The translations under genes were made by a program, and so were the position numbers. A DNA stretch of 64,000 bases, the filler included. It is 15 parts of 15 records of this genome, joined end to end, with 100 filler letters (N's around TTAATTAATTAA, not from the genome) between each part and the next. Parts side by side here need not be neighbours in the genome. Positions count along the whole stretch, not along the records: positions 7,628 to 11,533 come from SRR7504441_32499; positions 11,634 to 14,732 come from SRR7504441_32688; positions 14,833 to 21,349 come from SRR7504441_32701; 12 more parts are not named here. The stretch is one strand, 5' to 3'. Shown one piece after another: positions 10,635 through 21,449 of the stretch. The stretch's first letter is position 1. Every line of letters starts with the position of its first letter. Under the pieces are notes generated by a model, which had not been told where the DNA came from, made no database searches, and saw only the letters and a program-made list of their open reading frames with translations.

Positions 10635-11022
10635 TACCACGATCTGGGCGAATTCAAAGCGATGACGATATCGATCTGGGCGAAATAGTCGGCTGACAGT
10701 CCGGCAGTACAGATTGACTGGGACTATTGGTTGACAGGTTGGTCGGTTGGTTGACTATTGGTTGACAGGGCTTCCGCATAGTACGTCTCGCTTAATTTAT
10801 TCAATAAAATCGTAAAATTTACGGTTCGACGATTGATCGACAACCCTCGAATCGATGGTACTACAGAATAACGGATGATGAGTACCGACACTCAGCCTGG
10901 TACAAGGGCATGTCCGGTCGATACGGAGTCGAAGCAATCATTCATTGTCTAGGGAGCTGGCATCTCCACTTGCATGTACACAGAGTATTAACAGGCGTAG
11001 ACAGCTCCCGTCCCAAGCTCAC

Positions 11023-11533
11023 TTAGTTGGGGTTCTGAAGTTTGTCTGCAATCATAGCCTGCCAGACAAGTGGGTGAGTCAGCATTAAGCCGTTAGTCAC
11101 CTCGGCGCTGCGACATGCGTTTACAGACCCAGTCAGCTTCACCAGCCGGTCGCCATTCGTGTTGGCATGTTTTTCGATGTCAATCTTGGCACCGGACCTG
11201 GCCTCGATGTCCTTGACCACAGCCCCGCCAATCCCGATCACTCGCGCCACAATCGCGTTCGACACAAAGATCTCCAGCTCTGCTTGCGGGTTCTCCTCAG
11301 GCCGGCTGTCATTGTTGCCTCTCGCAGTAGCGCCGCCGTACGAGCCTCCACCTCCGGAGTCCGCGTACGAACTACCACGAGCCGGCGCAGAATGCCCGCC
11401 AGAATGGCCGCCCGAGGGCCCGCCGTACCCTCCACCACCATACCCACCACCATGGCTTCCACCGTACCCACCACCACCGCTGCCTCCTCCTCCGTAGCCT
11501 CCGCCTCCGTAGCCTCCTCCTCCGTAGCCTCCT
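11023..11533 (-). CDS. Gly-rich (GGYGG) KH-domain RNA-binding protein; 5'-truncated; one short intron near 11061-11100
   Basis: 'VARVIGIGGAVVKDIEARSGAKIDI' KH GxxG motif. Confidence 0.8.
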
Positions 11534-11647
11534 NNNNNNNNNNNNNNNNNNNNNNNNNNNNNNNNNNNNNNNNNNNNTTAATTAATTAANNNNNNNNNNN
11601 NNNNNNNNNNNNNNNNNNNNNNNNNNNNNNNNNGGGGGGGGGGGCAG

Positions 11648-11834
11648 CATCTGCGTCGGCGTGGTGGGGAGTGCTTGTGCGCTGTCCGATGCGCAGGACC
11701 CCCGGATGTTTGTGAAGATCCTGATCATCGAAATTTTCGGCTCGGCGCTCGGGCTGTTCGGGATCATCGTTGGGATCATCATGTCCTCCAACACCAGCGC
11801 CTCGTTCGGCGCTTCGCTCGCCGAGTTCTCCTAG
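11648..11834 (+). CDS. ATP6V0B: V-type ATPase 21-kDa proteolipid subunit c'' (last exon; absent from the ORF track)
   Basis: My translation: [48 protein letters not shown]...*, preceded by a G-rich CAG acceptor. Confidence 0.9.
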
Positions 11835-12191
11835 ATGCAGCCGCAGCTCGGCGCCGCGCTCAGGGGTGCTAAATGAGGCAAGAGGGCACTCAGCCGAGTG
11901 GCCTCATTGGGTTGCCGTGAAGGGCTAACGCAGACGGGTTGCTAGCCAACGCCGATCAAAATAAATCTGTGTTAAGCAATGCTGAGTCTCGGCCCCGGCG
12001 TAATCCCCGGCTCCCGGGGGTGATTAACAGTGAGACTTTTTTCAACCCAAACCTCGTAACTCATTTATACTAAAGCATGTAGACATTCAGTCAGTTCCTA
12101 TGTACCGTAGTCGTACGTACTCGTACGCAGCACAACCGATGATTACAAATCATTACATGTACCGGAAAGAAAAATTTGAAATTAGCTTCGA

Positions 12192-13412
12192 TCAAATCAG
12201 CCTAATAAAGGTCACGGTCAGCGGTCGGCCGCATTGTTTGATTATCTTCAGCGTGTCATTTAGCCCGGCTTGTAGCACGCACTCGCTCCCCACCACAGCA
12301 ATAGCCATCCCCTCCAGCTCGGCGGGGAGCGACTCATCCTTGACCGCGTCCACCACCGTGCCGCAGCCCGGGCTGGACAGCGTGAGCCCCAGGCTGCCCT
12401 CCGCCTCCCAGGTGTGCTGCACCGTCGCCCCCGCTGGCAGCTCGGGCACATCTCCCAGCCGGTGCATCATGCCAGCTGGGCCCCGGTCAGCTCCGCCGAG
12501 ACCGACTGCGGCACCTGAGATGTAGCTGGTCCAGCTCCGCTCCTTGACCACCCGCGGGTCTCTGCTCAATTGCTGCTCATAGGTGAGCTCCGCTGCAATT
12601 TGCTCCCCAAACAATCCTACGTACCTGCGCTACACCTCACCCCAGCCCACCAAGCGGCCGTGCACCGGTCAAACGCGTCTCGCCAGTTGACGAATTCTAT
12701 TCGCTCGGCGGTGGCCTTCTTTATGAACGGCTGCACTAGTTTCCACAAGCCCCAGAACACAGTCGGCGCCGCGACCAGGATGATCCGCTTCAGCCGAGCC
12801 CTGTAGGCCACCTGCCGCCACCCTCGATCGCCCACGCGGCTGTGAGGGCTGCCTGGAGCAGCTGGAGCAGCCGTATCGAGGTGCGGGGGTCCAAGTGACG
12901 CACTCCGAACCCACTCAGGTCCATTACCCTGCCGCCGCTCAATCACCGCACCGGCCCGAGCCGCACCAGCTCCACTGGCGCTGCTTGTCGGCACTGCCCG
13001 GGAAGGCAGCTAGCCATCGCTCGAAGAGGCAAGTCATGTACGTCTCGACGCTGATCGGATCCACGTTGCGGCCCAGCGCGAAGCAGTGCATGAACACCAA
13101 GTCTCCCTCGGCGTCCCGCCCAAACAGGCGCGCGTCTGCCCAAAGGATCAGCCGCACCGCCCGCCGCCGGGCCGGACCGTGCGCGCGCGGGTCCTCGAGG
13201 CAGGCGGGGCACTGGAGCTCAGCGAGCAAATCCCTGTGGGCCACCCGCCACTGCAGCGCGGCCCGGAGGATGGCCAGCCGCTCCTCCAACGTCTCGCGGG
13301 CCCGGGCGTATATACCGAGCACCTCCGGCGAGAGCCAGTCCCGCTCGTGGTCCGACAGCCCGAGTTCAGGCTCGAGCAACACCGCCGCTCTCAGCTCATC
13401 AGAGGCCACCAT
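12192..13412 (-). CDS. CRAL-TRIO (Sec14-like) lipid-binding protein with C-terminal PDZ-like domain; multi-exon
   Basis: 'ILRAALQWR', 'GRDAEGDLV', 'YRARLKRIILVAAPTVFWGLWKLVQPFIKKATAERIEF'; C-terminal 'GSLGLTL...IKQCGRPLTVTF'. Confidence 0.8.
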
Positions 13413-13449
13413 GCCTGGCTTTGACTCGTAACGCACTCGATCTCGGCCG

Positions 13450-14598
13450 ATGGCGGCACCACCCGGACCCGGCCCCGCACTCTTCCCGCTGAACAACCTG
13501 CTCGTCCCCGGGGTCAACAACGCCCCGCTGTTCTCGGTCGCGCAGGCCGCACCTGCGGGCGGCGACTGCTGGGTGGCGCTTGACAGCGTGCCCGACGGTT
13601 GCATATCGCTGGATCCGTTTGGTATGACTGTGAACGTCTGTCCCGCGCCGGTGAGTGCCCGGCCGGGCTCGGCTGACCGGGGGGGCAGCACTTCGTGCCG
13701 CCGAGCCTGCAGATCCAGGTGCTGCTCGACTGTCCCGGGCTGGATTATGCCGCCCTGCCGGCGACCGCGGGCTGCGGGCCGGCGCCCGGCAACACGGCAG
13801 CCGGGCGCCGGGAGATGTACGACTACCTGCTCAAGGTGATGAAGTCCGGGTGACGAGCAGGCCGGCCGGGCTCGGCTGACCGGGGGCGGGCAGGACACGG
13901 CGCATCATGACAGCTCACCTCGCTGCAATGTGTGCGTGGCTCACACCCGCGCAGCCCGGCCTTCTCGTCATGGAGACGGTGCGGCGGGCTGGCCGGGCAG
14001 GCGGCTGACCGGGGGCGGCAGGACGTGGACATCTGCGCCTTGGCCGACGCCAAGGTCTGGCACGCGCCGCCCGGGCCGGTGCCGCTGCCGGCATTTACGT
14101 TGCCAATGTGGCCAAACGTCGAGCTGAAGTGCGTATATGGTGGGTGCTGGCCTTGGGCTGGCTGAGCGGGGGCAGGCTACTGGTACGAGTGCCGGGACAA
14201 CGCGGCGGGCAACCACTTCTTGCAAGTCCGGTTCGTGATCCCCTATACTCACGCTCAGGTTATTTTTTTATATATAATAATTTATATACTGATTTAATTT
14301 CAGGTGACGGGCTGGTACGCGGGGACTTGGACCCCACAAGTGGTCCTCGTCCACTTGTGGTTTCCGGATGCTGGGCTTTGTGCCGTCATATCGCACGACA
14401 CCCAGGTGGCCATTTAATAATAAATAATACATCATAGATACTAACCAACGGGGACAGGCTGGTTCGGAGTCAATCATCAATAATGGAGCCGGCGCGCCCT
14501 CATCGATGCAGCGACCGCAGAGTCTCAGTACGCCTCATACAGGGCCTTCGTGGACACGAACATGCAATTTAATTAAATTTGAGGAGGATTTAATTTAA
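13450..14598 (+). CDS. Uncharacterised seven-exon protein (introns 13651-13688, 13850-13893, 13979-14021, 14140-14175, 14259-14303, 14406-14457)
   Basis: Removing six GT-AG introns with CTGAC/CTGAG/CTGAT/CTAAC branch sites yields one continuous frame. Confidence 0.65.
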
Positions 14599-14832
14599 CA
14601 ACATAATTAAATGTACTCTACATTCCAGCCCGAGAGCAGGATTAAATTGTGTGCTTTCAACCTAGTTCTAATGCTGGGCCCACCAGCAGAATAATTCTGT
14701 TAGGCAGTTTATCGATACCTATTTTAGCAGCCNNNNNNNNNNNNNNNNNNNNNNNNNNNNNNNNNNNNNNNNNNNNTTAATTAATTAANNNNNNNNNNNN
14801 NNNNNNNNNNNNNNNNNNNNNNNNNNNNNNNN

Positions 14833-14915
14833 TGACTGGCGGGTGACTGGCGGGTGACTGGCAGGTGACTGGCAGGTAACTGGCGGATGGTGGCAGGTGA
14901 CTGGCGGATGGTGGC
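14833..14915. repeat. 11-bp minisatellite TGACTGGC(G/A)GG at a contig end
   Basis: About 7 imperfect tandem copies. Confidence 0.85.
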
Positions 14916-15260
14916 ATATGAGTGTGAAACGCTCCCCTACTATCATCCGACACTCCCGGGGCGCCTCATTGGGACCCCGTGTACACCCGCTTCCACAACT
15001 CCTTCGAATGTTCCCGCTGATGGCCGTGCTGATGGCCATATGTTGGAGCAATCCGTTCATCTCCAACAGTGCCGGCCCTCCGTGGCCCTCTCCCGCCCCC
15101 GATCTCACTATGCCAGTGTGTTCAGGCCGTTCATTCTCAGGACTGACGTGGCCGCTAACAACAACACCCTGCAGTGCACAGTGGGTGCCGGTGGCAGGTC
15201 TGGGGCGCTTCTGGGTAAAGACCTCGTTCGGCGAGCCGTGAGCGCGGCTGGGGCGGTGCT

Positions 15261-16186
15261 ATGCCCTGTGTTGATCGGACCAATGACTTTTTTGAACTGG
15301 TGGGCGCGCTGCGGGGTGCGGCACCAGCTCGCCGCTCGGTGAGCCAACCAGCACCCAATCCCGAGCACGCCCGCTTCGCCGCGGATGCTGCCCGGTGCCG
15401 CGAGGCGATCAGCAGGGCGGAACGAGGGCTGGAACGTATGCGACGGCTGGGGCAGCATTCCAGTGTGTTCGATGACCCGACAGACGAGATAAATGGCCTG
15501 GGATCGACGATCCAGTCAGGTCGCAGCCAGCCCGCCACCAGCTGACCGGAGGGCTGCCAGATCTGGACCAGGTTACGGGGATGATTCAGCGGCTCTCCCA
15601 GGAGCGCTCCTCGAGCGCCCACTCGGGGATGTTGGCGGCGCTCAAGTCGAGTGCAGTGACGCTGGCCCAGGACTTCGCCAATACCTCCCGATCACACCTG
15701 GAGCGGATCAAAACCACCGAGGCGCACCGAATGGCGTTCGGCGGCCAGGAGAGCGGTGGTCTGCGGGCCCGGCACCGCAGGAGTGGGCTGCACGTGGAGA
15801 TGAAAATGCCGGGACTGGAAGATCCAGATGACACAGCGGATGATGCGTGCGTGATCAGCCTTCCACCCGAGCTGGAGATGCAGATGCAGCAGCAGCAGAG
15901 GCAGCAGCACGCCAAGCATCGGAGCTTGGCGGTCGAGGGGGTTCAAACGATGATTGAAGATTTAGCTAGCACGTTCCAAAAGATGACAGGGTTGCTCTCA
16001 CAGCAGGGTGAGATGCTCAGCAGCATCGACCAGAATATGGACACCGCACAAGAGAATGTGGATAAAGCCCAGACCAGCTTGAGCAAGTTCCTTGAAGGGA
16101 TCTCAGGCAACCGCCCGCTCGTGCTCAAGGTCTTTGCGATCCTAATAGCTTTCACCGTCTTTTTCTTTGTGTTTGTGGCGAGGTGA
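15261..16186 (+). CDS. STX5: Syntaxin-5/Sed5 Qa-SNARE; intron 15520-15560
   Basis: N-terminal 'DRTNDF' Sly1-binding peptide, 'SSVFDDPTDEI', SNARE motif 'QQGEMLSSIDQN', C-terminal TM. Confidence 0.9.
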
Positions 16187-16325
16187 TTACCGACTAGCCA
16201 ATAGTGATAGTTATTACACTGTTTCCTTTCACTTGCTGCACCGTTTGAATTTGCCACAAAGGGTAAAGTGGCTGTCATTTGTCGTTGTGTTCGGTTTACC
16301 GGTAGGCCGACAGGGCACCGCTCAG

Positions 16326-17875
16326 ATGGCAGAGCGGGCCAGCCTGTCGGCGGAGCTGCAGCAGAGGATCGACCGAGTGTACCAGAACTTGGTGGGTATT
16401 CAGCGGAATGCGGCCGACAGCCAGTTTGAGGCTGCCGACCGGAACGGGGACGGAGTGATCGACCGGCAAGAATTCGACCGATGGGTGCAGTCCAGCGCTA
16501 GCCGGACCCCTTCGCCTGTGCCGGCCGGCCCAACAGTGGCTCCGATCCCGGCGCCAGCTGGCGGGTTATCGCCGGATCGCCTGCTGCAGCAGGTGATAGT
16601 GGCTGGCTGCGGCTGGGAGCTGGTGGCAGATACGGGAGATCCGTGCCGAGGCGCAGCTCCAGCTGGACCGGGACAGCCACACCGAGCTGATGGAGCAGGT
16701 GCCCCGCCGGCCGGGCCGATGATCAGGCGCTGGCCAGATTAAGGAGCTTGAGACTGCCTCGGGCCGACGAGACGAGTTGCACTTGACTGAGCTGCAGGCG
16801 GTGCAGCAGCGAGCGGACCAGCTGGCCGAGGCACTCCAGGCCGAGCAGAAGCGGCGGGCGGAGGCCGAGCAGTGCTGCAACGCGCTGCGGCACGAGGTTG
16901 AACTGAGCTCGCAGGCGCTCGAAGCAATGGGCGCGAGGGAGCAGGTGCAGCTGGCCAAAACGGTCGAACTGCAGGAGGTGCACGCCGAGGTCCAGCTAGC
17001 CAAGGCCGAGAACCAGCGGAGCCTGGACCGGATCGGCCGGCTGCAGGCCGAGCTGCTCAAGGCCCAGGCCGAGGGTGAGAAGAGCCAAGCTGTGATTCTG
17101 GAGCTGAGCGGCGCAGCAAGCGAGGCGCACAGCACAATGGCAGCGCTCAGGAACCAAACTCAGGACTTGCAGGCGGCCAAGCAGGCGGCCGAGGCGGCGG
17201 CTGCGGGGGTCCGGGCCCGGTGCGAGCAGCTGGAGCAGGCAGTAGCTCAGGGAGGGGCGAGCGCCAAGAAGGAACTCGCGGACAGGGAGGAACGGTGGCT
17301 GCAGGCTAGAGCTGAGCTGAGCTGCGGGCAGGCTGGCGGCTAACGAGATGCGGCTGCTGGCTACCAAGTGGGAGCTGAGCGAGGCGCAGGCGGCCTGCAG
17401 CGAGAAGCGGGCCGAGGCGCACCAGAAGGACTCGGTGGTCGAGAAGATGGCGAGGGAGCTGGCTGAGGCGAGGTCGGAGGCGCGCAGGAAGGAGGCCGAG
17501 TGGAGCGGGGCCAAGCAGCAGGTGTTCGCGGTGGTCAAGGAGCTCGAGGCCGAGCTGGTGGCCACCAAGCAAGAGCTGGCCGAGTGCCGGATACAGATCG
17601 AGTCGCTGGTGGCAAGCCTCGGGCAGCAGCGCAGGCCAGCAACTATACAGCCCGCAAGCCAACCTCCAACCGACCAAATCAAGCGATTGTTCGACTCTGA
17701 CAACCGATTGTTCGACAGAGTCGACACCAACCAGGATGGCGTGATTGACAGAGGCGAATGGCACCGGGCTCTCGAGCGGGCTAAGCTGATGGCCAAGACT
17801 CTGAACAAAGCCTCGCACTCACCGCCAAAGCATACGACAAAGGCAGATCCGTTCGGCTACTACGACACAGTGTAG
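16326..17875 (+). CDS. Coiled-coil protein with one EF-hand at each end; multi-exon
   Basis: 'DRNGDGVIDRQEF' and 'DTNQDGVIDRGEW' flank a long heptad region; frames joined by short introns. Confidence 0.7.
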
Positions 17876-18008
17876 GAACGATGGCCGACTAATGTAAATG
17901 CGCTATAATGACTATTTATCAGAGCTTGATCAGTCATAATTATTTCAAGAGAACTCGAGAACTCAGCGTGTGCTCGAGGGTCTATCATGATGAGTATTAG
18001 GCTCCAGC

Positions 18009-19259
18009 TCAGCGTATGAGCTCCCTAGGCACTACCGGTGAGGGCAGTTCTGGGGGTCTTTGGCTGGGCAGTTCTGGGGGTCTTTGGCTGCGGTCTGGCT
18101 TCCTATTGCTGTTGACCCTTGCTCTTGTGCACGATCCCGGCCGCTTGACTTTCTTGGACAGACTGCAGTCTGGAGTGAACGTGCAGTGGCTAAGCACCTC
18201 CCGCTCCTCCGACGAGAGGCAGTTGGTAACCGGCCGGAGTGGCCTCATGTAGGTCGGCTTGCTCGACGACTTTGAGAATCGGCCCCTGTTGATTCTCGGC
18301 GTGAAGGTGCACTGCGAAAGCTCCTCGGCCTCCTTCTTACGTTCTAAAGCTTCCCTCCGCTGACCCCACATGGCCCGCTCATTGGAGAGCAGCGACAGTC
18401 TCTGGTGCTGCGACATCTTGTCGGTGCCTCGGTTGACTCGCTGGGTCTGGACCAGGTTCTGGCTCTTTGCAGACATGGCCGGCCTGAAAGCTAGCTTGGC
18501 CTGCCTGTCCTCCTCCAGCTCGGCCTCGTGCCGCTGGCTCCGTCGGCACGATCGGCGGGCCGAGAGCGCCGAGAGCGGGCCCCAGGTGCAGTCCTGGTTG
18601 CGCATGATGACCACCATCTCGGCCACAAACTCCTCCATGGCCATAGTGTCCGTCTTCCACTTGAGAGCGTGCTCTAGCAGCAGAGGCTCCAGGAACTCGC
18701 ACTCGTCCACGGTCAGGCTGCACATTGTGTAGTCCAGATCGGTCAGGTCGATGTGCCCTTGCTTGAGCGGGTCAAGCTTATCGTACAACTCGACCACCCG
18801 GCGCATCTTCATCTTGTTCACGATCTCGCGCGAGTTCCTGCTCACAGACTTGCTCATCGAGGCCGTAGTCTTCTCCCGCTCCTGCCGTTGCGTGTCCTCC
18901 GCCGCTTGCCGCTTGCTGTGCTGGGTGATCGCGCCCTTATGGTTGAGGCAGTCCCCAATATCGGTGTACACCCGGGGGGTCAGATTATCCGCCGGGATAC
19001 CCCGGCTTCGGATGATCCGATTCTGGGTCTTCGCCAGCCCGTTCTCCCCGTTGTTCCGCCGCCGCGCCACCGAGCGGGAGCGGGCCTTGATCGCCGGGTC
19101 GATCTTGACCGGCGAGACCTCCACCGCCGGCTGCAGCCCGCACCGGGCGTGCACAAACTGCGCCAGCCAGTTCTCCACCTTGTCGGCCTCGCCGGACAGG
19201 GGCCGGGGGGTCTTGTCCCCCGTCCGCGCCCTGTGCGGAGTGGCATCGCGCCGTGGCAT
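18009..19259 (-). CDS. Basic protein with EF-hand-like segment and CTFxP repeats (possibly cytoskeletal/ciliary)
   Basis: 'LYDKLDPLKQGHIDL', 'LAFRPAM', 'QCTFTPRIN', 'HCTFTPD'. Confidence 0.55.
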   Translation of the reverse strand: MPRRDATPHRARTGDKTPRPLSGEADKVENWLAQFVHARCGLQPAVEVSPVKIDPAIKARSRSVARRRNNGENGLAKTQNRIIRSRGIPADNLTPRVYTDIGDCLNHKGAITQHSKRQAAEDTQRQEREKTTASMSKSVSRNSREIVNKMKMRRVVELYDKLDPLKQGHIDLTDLDYTMCSLTVDECEFLEPLLLEHALKWKTDTMAMEEFVAEMVVIMRNQDCTWGPLSALSARRSCRRSQRHEAELEEDRQAKLAFRPAMSAKSQNLVQTQRVNRGTDKMSQHQRLSLLSNERAMWGQRREALERKKEAEELSQCTFTPRINRGRFSKSSSKPTYMRPLRPVTNCLSSEEREVLSHCTFTPDCSLSKKVKRPGSCTRARVNSNRKPDRSQRPPELPSQRPPELPSPVVPRELIR

Positions 19260-19735
19260 CGCCCTGTGCGGAGCTCTCCTCCGCTTACCGAGGGCTCGCC
19301 CGCATGAAAACAAACCTGAAAAATTCATATGTCGTTACGATTTGCCGTGGATTCCGTCGGCGGGCTGCAGGCGCTGCAGGCGGGGGGCCGGCCGGGGGGT
19401 CGGGGCCACCGGCAGGCGAGCTCGTGCTCGCGCACGAGCCTACCGGTGGCCGGGCGATCGGCTCGGCGGGGGCGGTCGCCTTTTTGAGCCACCGTAGATT
19501 TCAGCGCGACTGCGCGAGGCTGAGCAGACAATGGCATGGTACCGATAAAACGCGTCGCACGTACGTACCTGCTCGTACAGACCATAGTACAGACTACACA
19601 AGGATCTACGCCGGCTCGTACGTTACGGGATTGTAGAAAAGTTGAGAGCTATGCTAGCCTGAGGTAAGCCTGAGGAGGACCTTTATATATAGCCTTGTTA
19701 TTCACCTCATGCACCATGTGGAAATCGCTTGGTCT

Positions 19736-19958
19736 TCAGGGGTGATCACGGTCGCTTTCCGGCTCTGGGAGCACACGCATTCAGGCTCAGTGCATGGATA
19801 TAGTTATGTGGGGCACCTTGGATTCCCTGCTCCTGGTCATCACTTTGACTTTCGGCTTGGGTTTCACAGACACGGGCAGCGATGGTTTCCTTGGCATGAG
19901 TCAAGCAGAGTCAGCCCAGCGCCACCAATTTCTGTTTAGCTGTCTCAAGAGTTTCCGC
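19736..19958 (-). pseudogene. 3' end of a coiled-coil gene (two introns), 5' part missing
   Basis: Spliced frame AETLETAKQKL|ETIAARVCETQAESQSDDQEQGIQ|EPESDRDHP*; begins at CCGC 19955-19958. Confidence 0.45.
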
Positions 19959-19971
19959 AAGTCAGCGCTAG

Positions 19972-21197
19972 CTCGGCTGCCTGGAACGCGTCTGCGGTGA
20001 TGCGTGGGATCCGTCGAGCTGGCTGCCGGAACAGCCGCAGCCCGCACGGTGGCAGCCCGCTGACCGGCCGGCTGATGCTGCTGTCAGGGTGCTCCCGCCC
20101 CGGCGGCACGGGGCATGCGTCCGAGTCTCAGCGCAGTGCAACTCAGTGTTTCTGGCGGTGGAGGACGACGGATTGCACGAGGAGCTGCGACAGCTCATTC
20201 AGGTGTGCGGACTACTCTTGATGAACTTTCCACAGCACGCGACGAACGTGATCATGCTAGGCAAAATAACCACAAGCTCCAAGAGTTATTGCAGCAGACG
20301 TCAGAAGAACTCAAAGAAGCTAATTCCCAAATTGAAGTAGCCAAAAATGCCGAAATATTGGCCAGTTCTAGGGTGGAAGAGATGGAGGCACAACTCCAAG
20401 AAGCTCAAGCAAGCGAGCAGCTAGCCAAATCCAAGTTGACTGCGGGCTTCATTGATTGACCCTTGATCTGAGTGCTTCACGTCGACTTTCACTAATTGGT
20501 TGATTTGTTCTTCGTATTCAAGCTTTAGTGCTTCCATTTCATTTTCATGCTGAGCAATGGTGGTCGCTAGGCTTTCTTCATGCCTGCGTTCTGCAACTTC
20601 TAGTTGGTCCTCAAGCATCTTTTCCCGAGTGCCGTGGGCTGTTTGCGCTTCTTGCAGTAGGTCTGTTGAGAGCTGAGACTTAAGCGTCTTTATCTCCTCC
20701 TCTGACTCTTGCTTTGCGGGATGACCCAAGCTCAGGCACGTCATCAACAGCTTCAACATGAGGAGCGCGAGAGGAAAGCGGCCTTGTGTGGAAAGTGGGA
20801 ACGCATTCGTGCAGCAAATGCTGTGCTTACAGACCTAGCACTCAAAGAGAAGCAAAGAGTGGGCTATGTTGGCCGGGTTGCCTCAACGTGCACCGTACAT
20901 GCATCAAGGCGAGTGCCCTGATCACTTCACTTCTGGCACGAGCCTTTGACTTTGTTCTCTTCTTGTACAGGTTGGAAGCAATGGGATCGGCGCTACGCCA
21001 AGTACGCAACACATAACTCAGCTTATAATCTCATCCACGGCGTTCCTGAGGAAGCCCAATGTGTGGTTTTCAAGGTAAGTCAAGCAGCCTGGGCTTTCGG
21101 AAGCGCGGTCTCTCATCTTGTGCCATAGGTGTTACCACGAAAAGACTGCGTGTTTGAAGTGATGCAAGATGCAATCAGCTTTGCACATACTCCGTGA
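19972..21197 (+). CDS. 5'-truncated hypothetical gene; exons 19972-20048, 20088-20202, 20839-20908, 20971-21074, 21129-21197
   Basis: Exon phases (2,0,1,0) are mutually consistent and give a stop-free frame ...HEELRQLIQ|HSKRSKEWAMLAG...HQ|GWKQWDRRY...VFK|VLPRK...HTP*. Confidence 0.55.
20207..20781. pseudogene. Three coiled-coil coding fragments (+, -, +) lying inside the intron of the gene above
   Basis: ORF-track frames 20115-20459 (+), 20421-20759 (-) and 20709-20921 (+) each look like coiled coil only between GCGG motifs at 20207, 20442, 20716 and 20778. Confidence 0.65.
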
Positions 21198-21449
21198 CGC
21201 ACCGCGAGGCCGGAACGGCCGAGTCCGTCGACGAGGCGCGGTAGCGCTGAGCCCATCTTCAGATCTAGGCACTTTTTTTGTTAGAAAAACAGTATGGCCG
21301 GGAGGAGCAAGCTTGTAGCAGCCCCGAGGCCGGCCGGTTAATGTAGTTCNNNNNNNNNNNNNNNNNNNNNNNNNNNNNNNNNNNNNNNNNNNNTTAATTA
21401 ATTAANNNNNNNNNNNNNNNNNNNNNNNNNNNNNNNNNNNNNNNNNNNN

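Noticed and set aside
11400-11533. CCTCCGTAG tandem repeat
   Set aside because: Simply encodes the GGYGG low-complexity region of the KH protein
14833-14915. CRISPR array or telomere
   Set aside because: Contiguous 11-bp units with no spacers; not a recognised telomeric motif
14915-15250. A further CCGC-bounded fragment mosaic upstream of syntaxin-5
   Set aside because: Pieces are too short to show they are coding, and the motif density is compatible with chance
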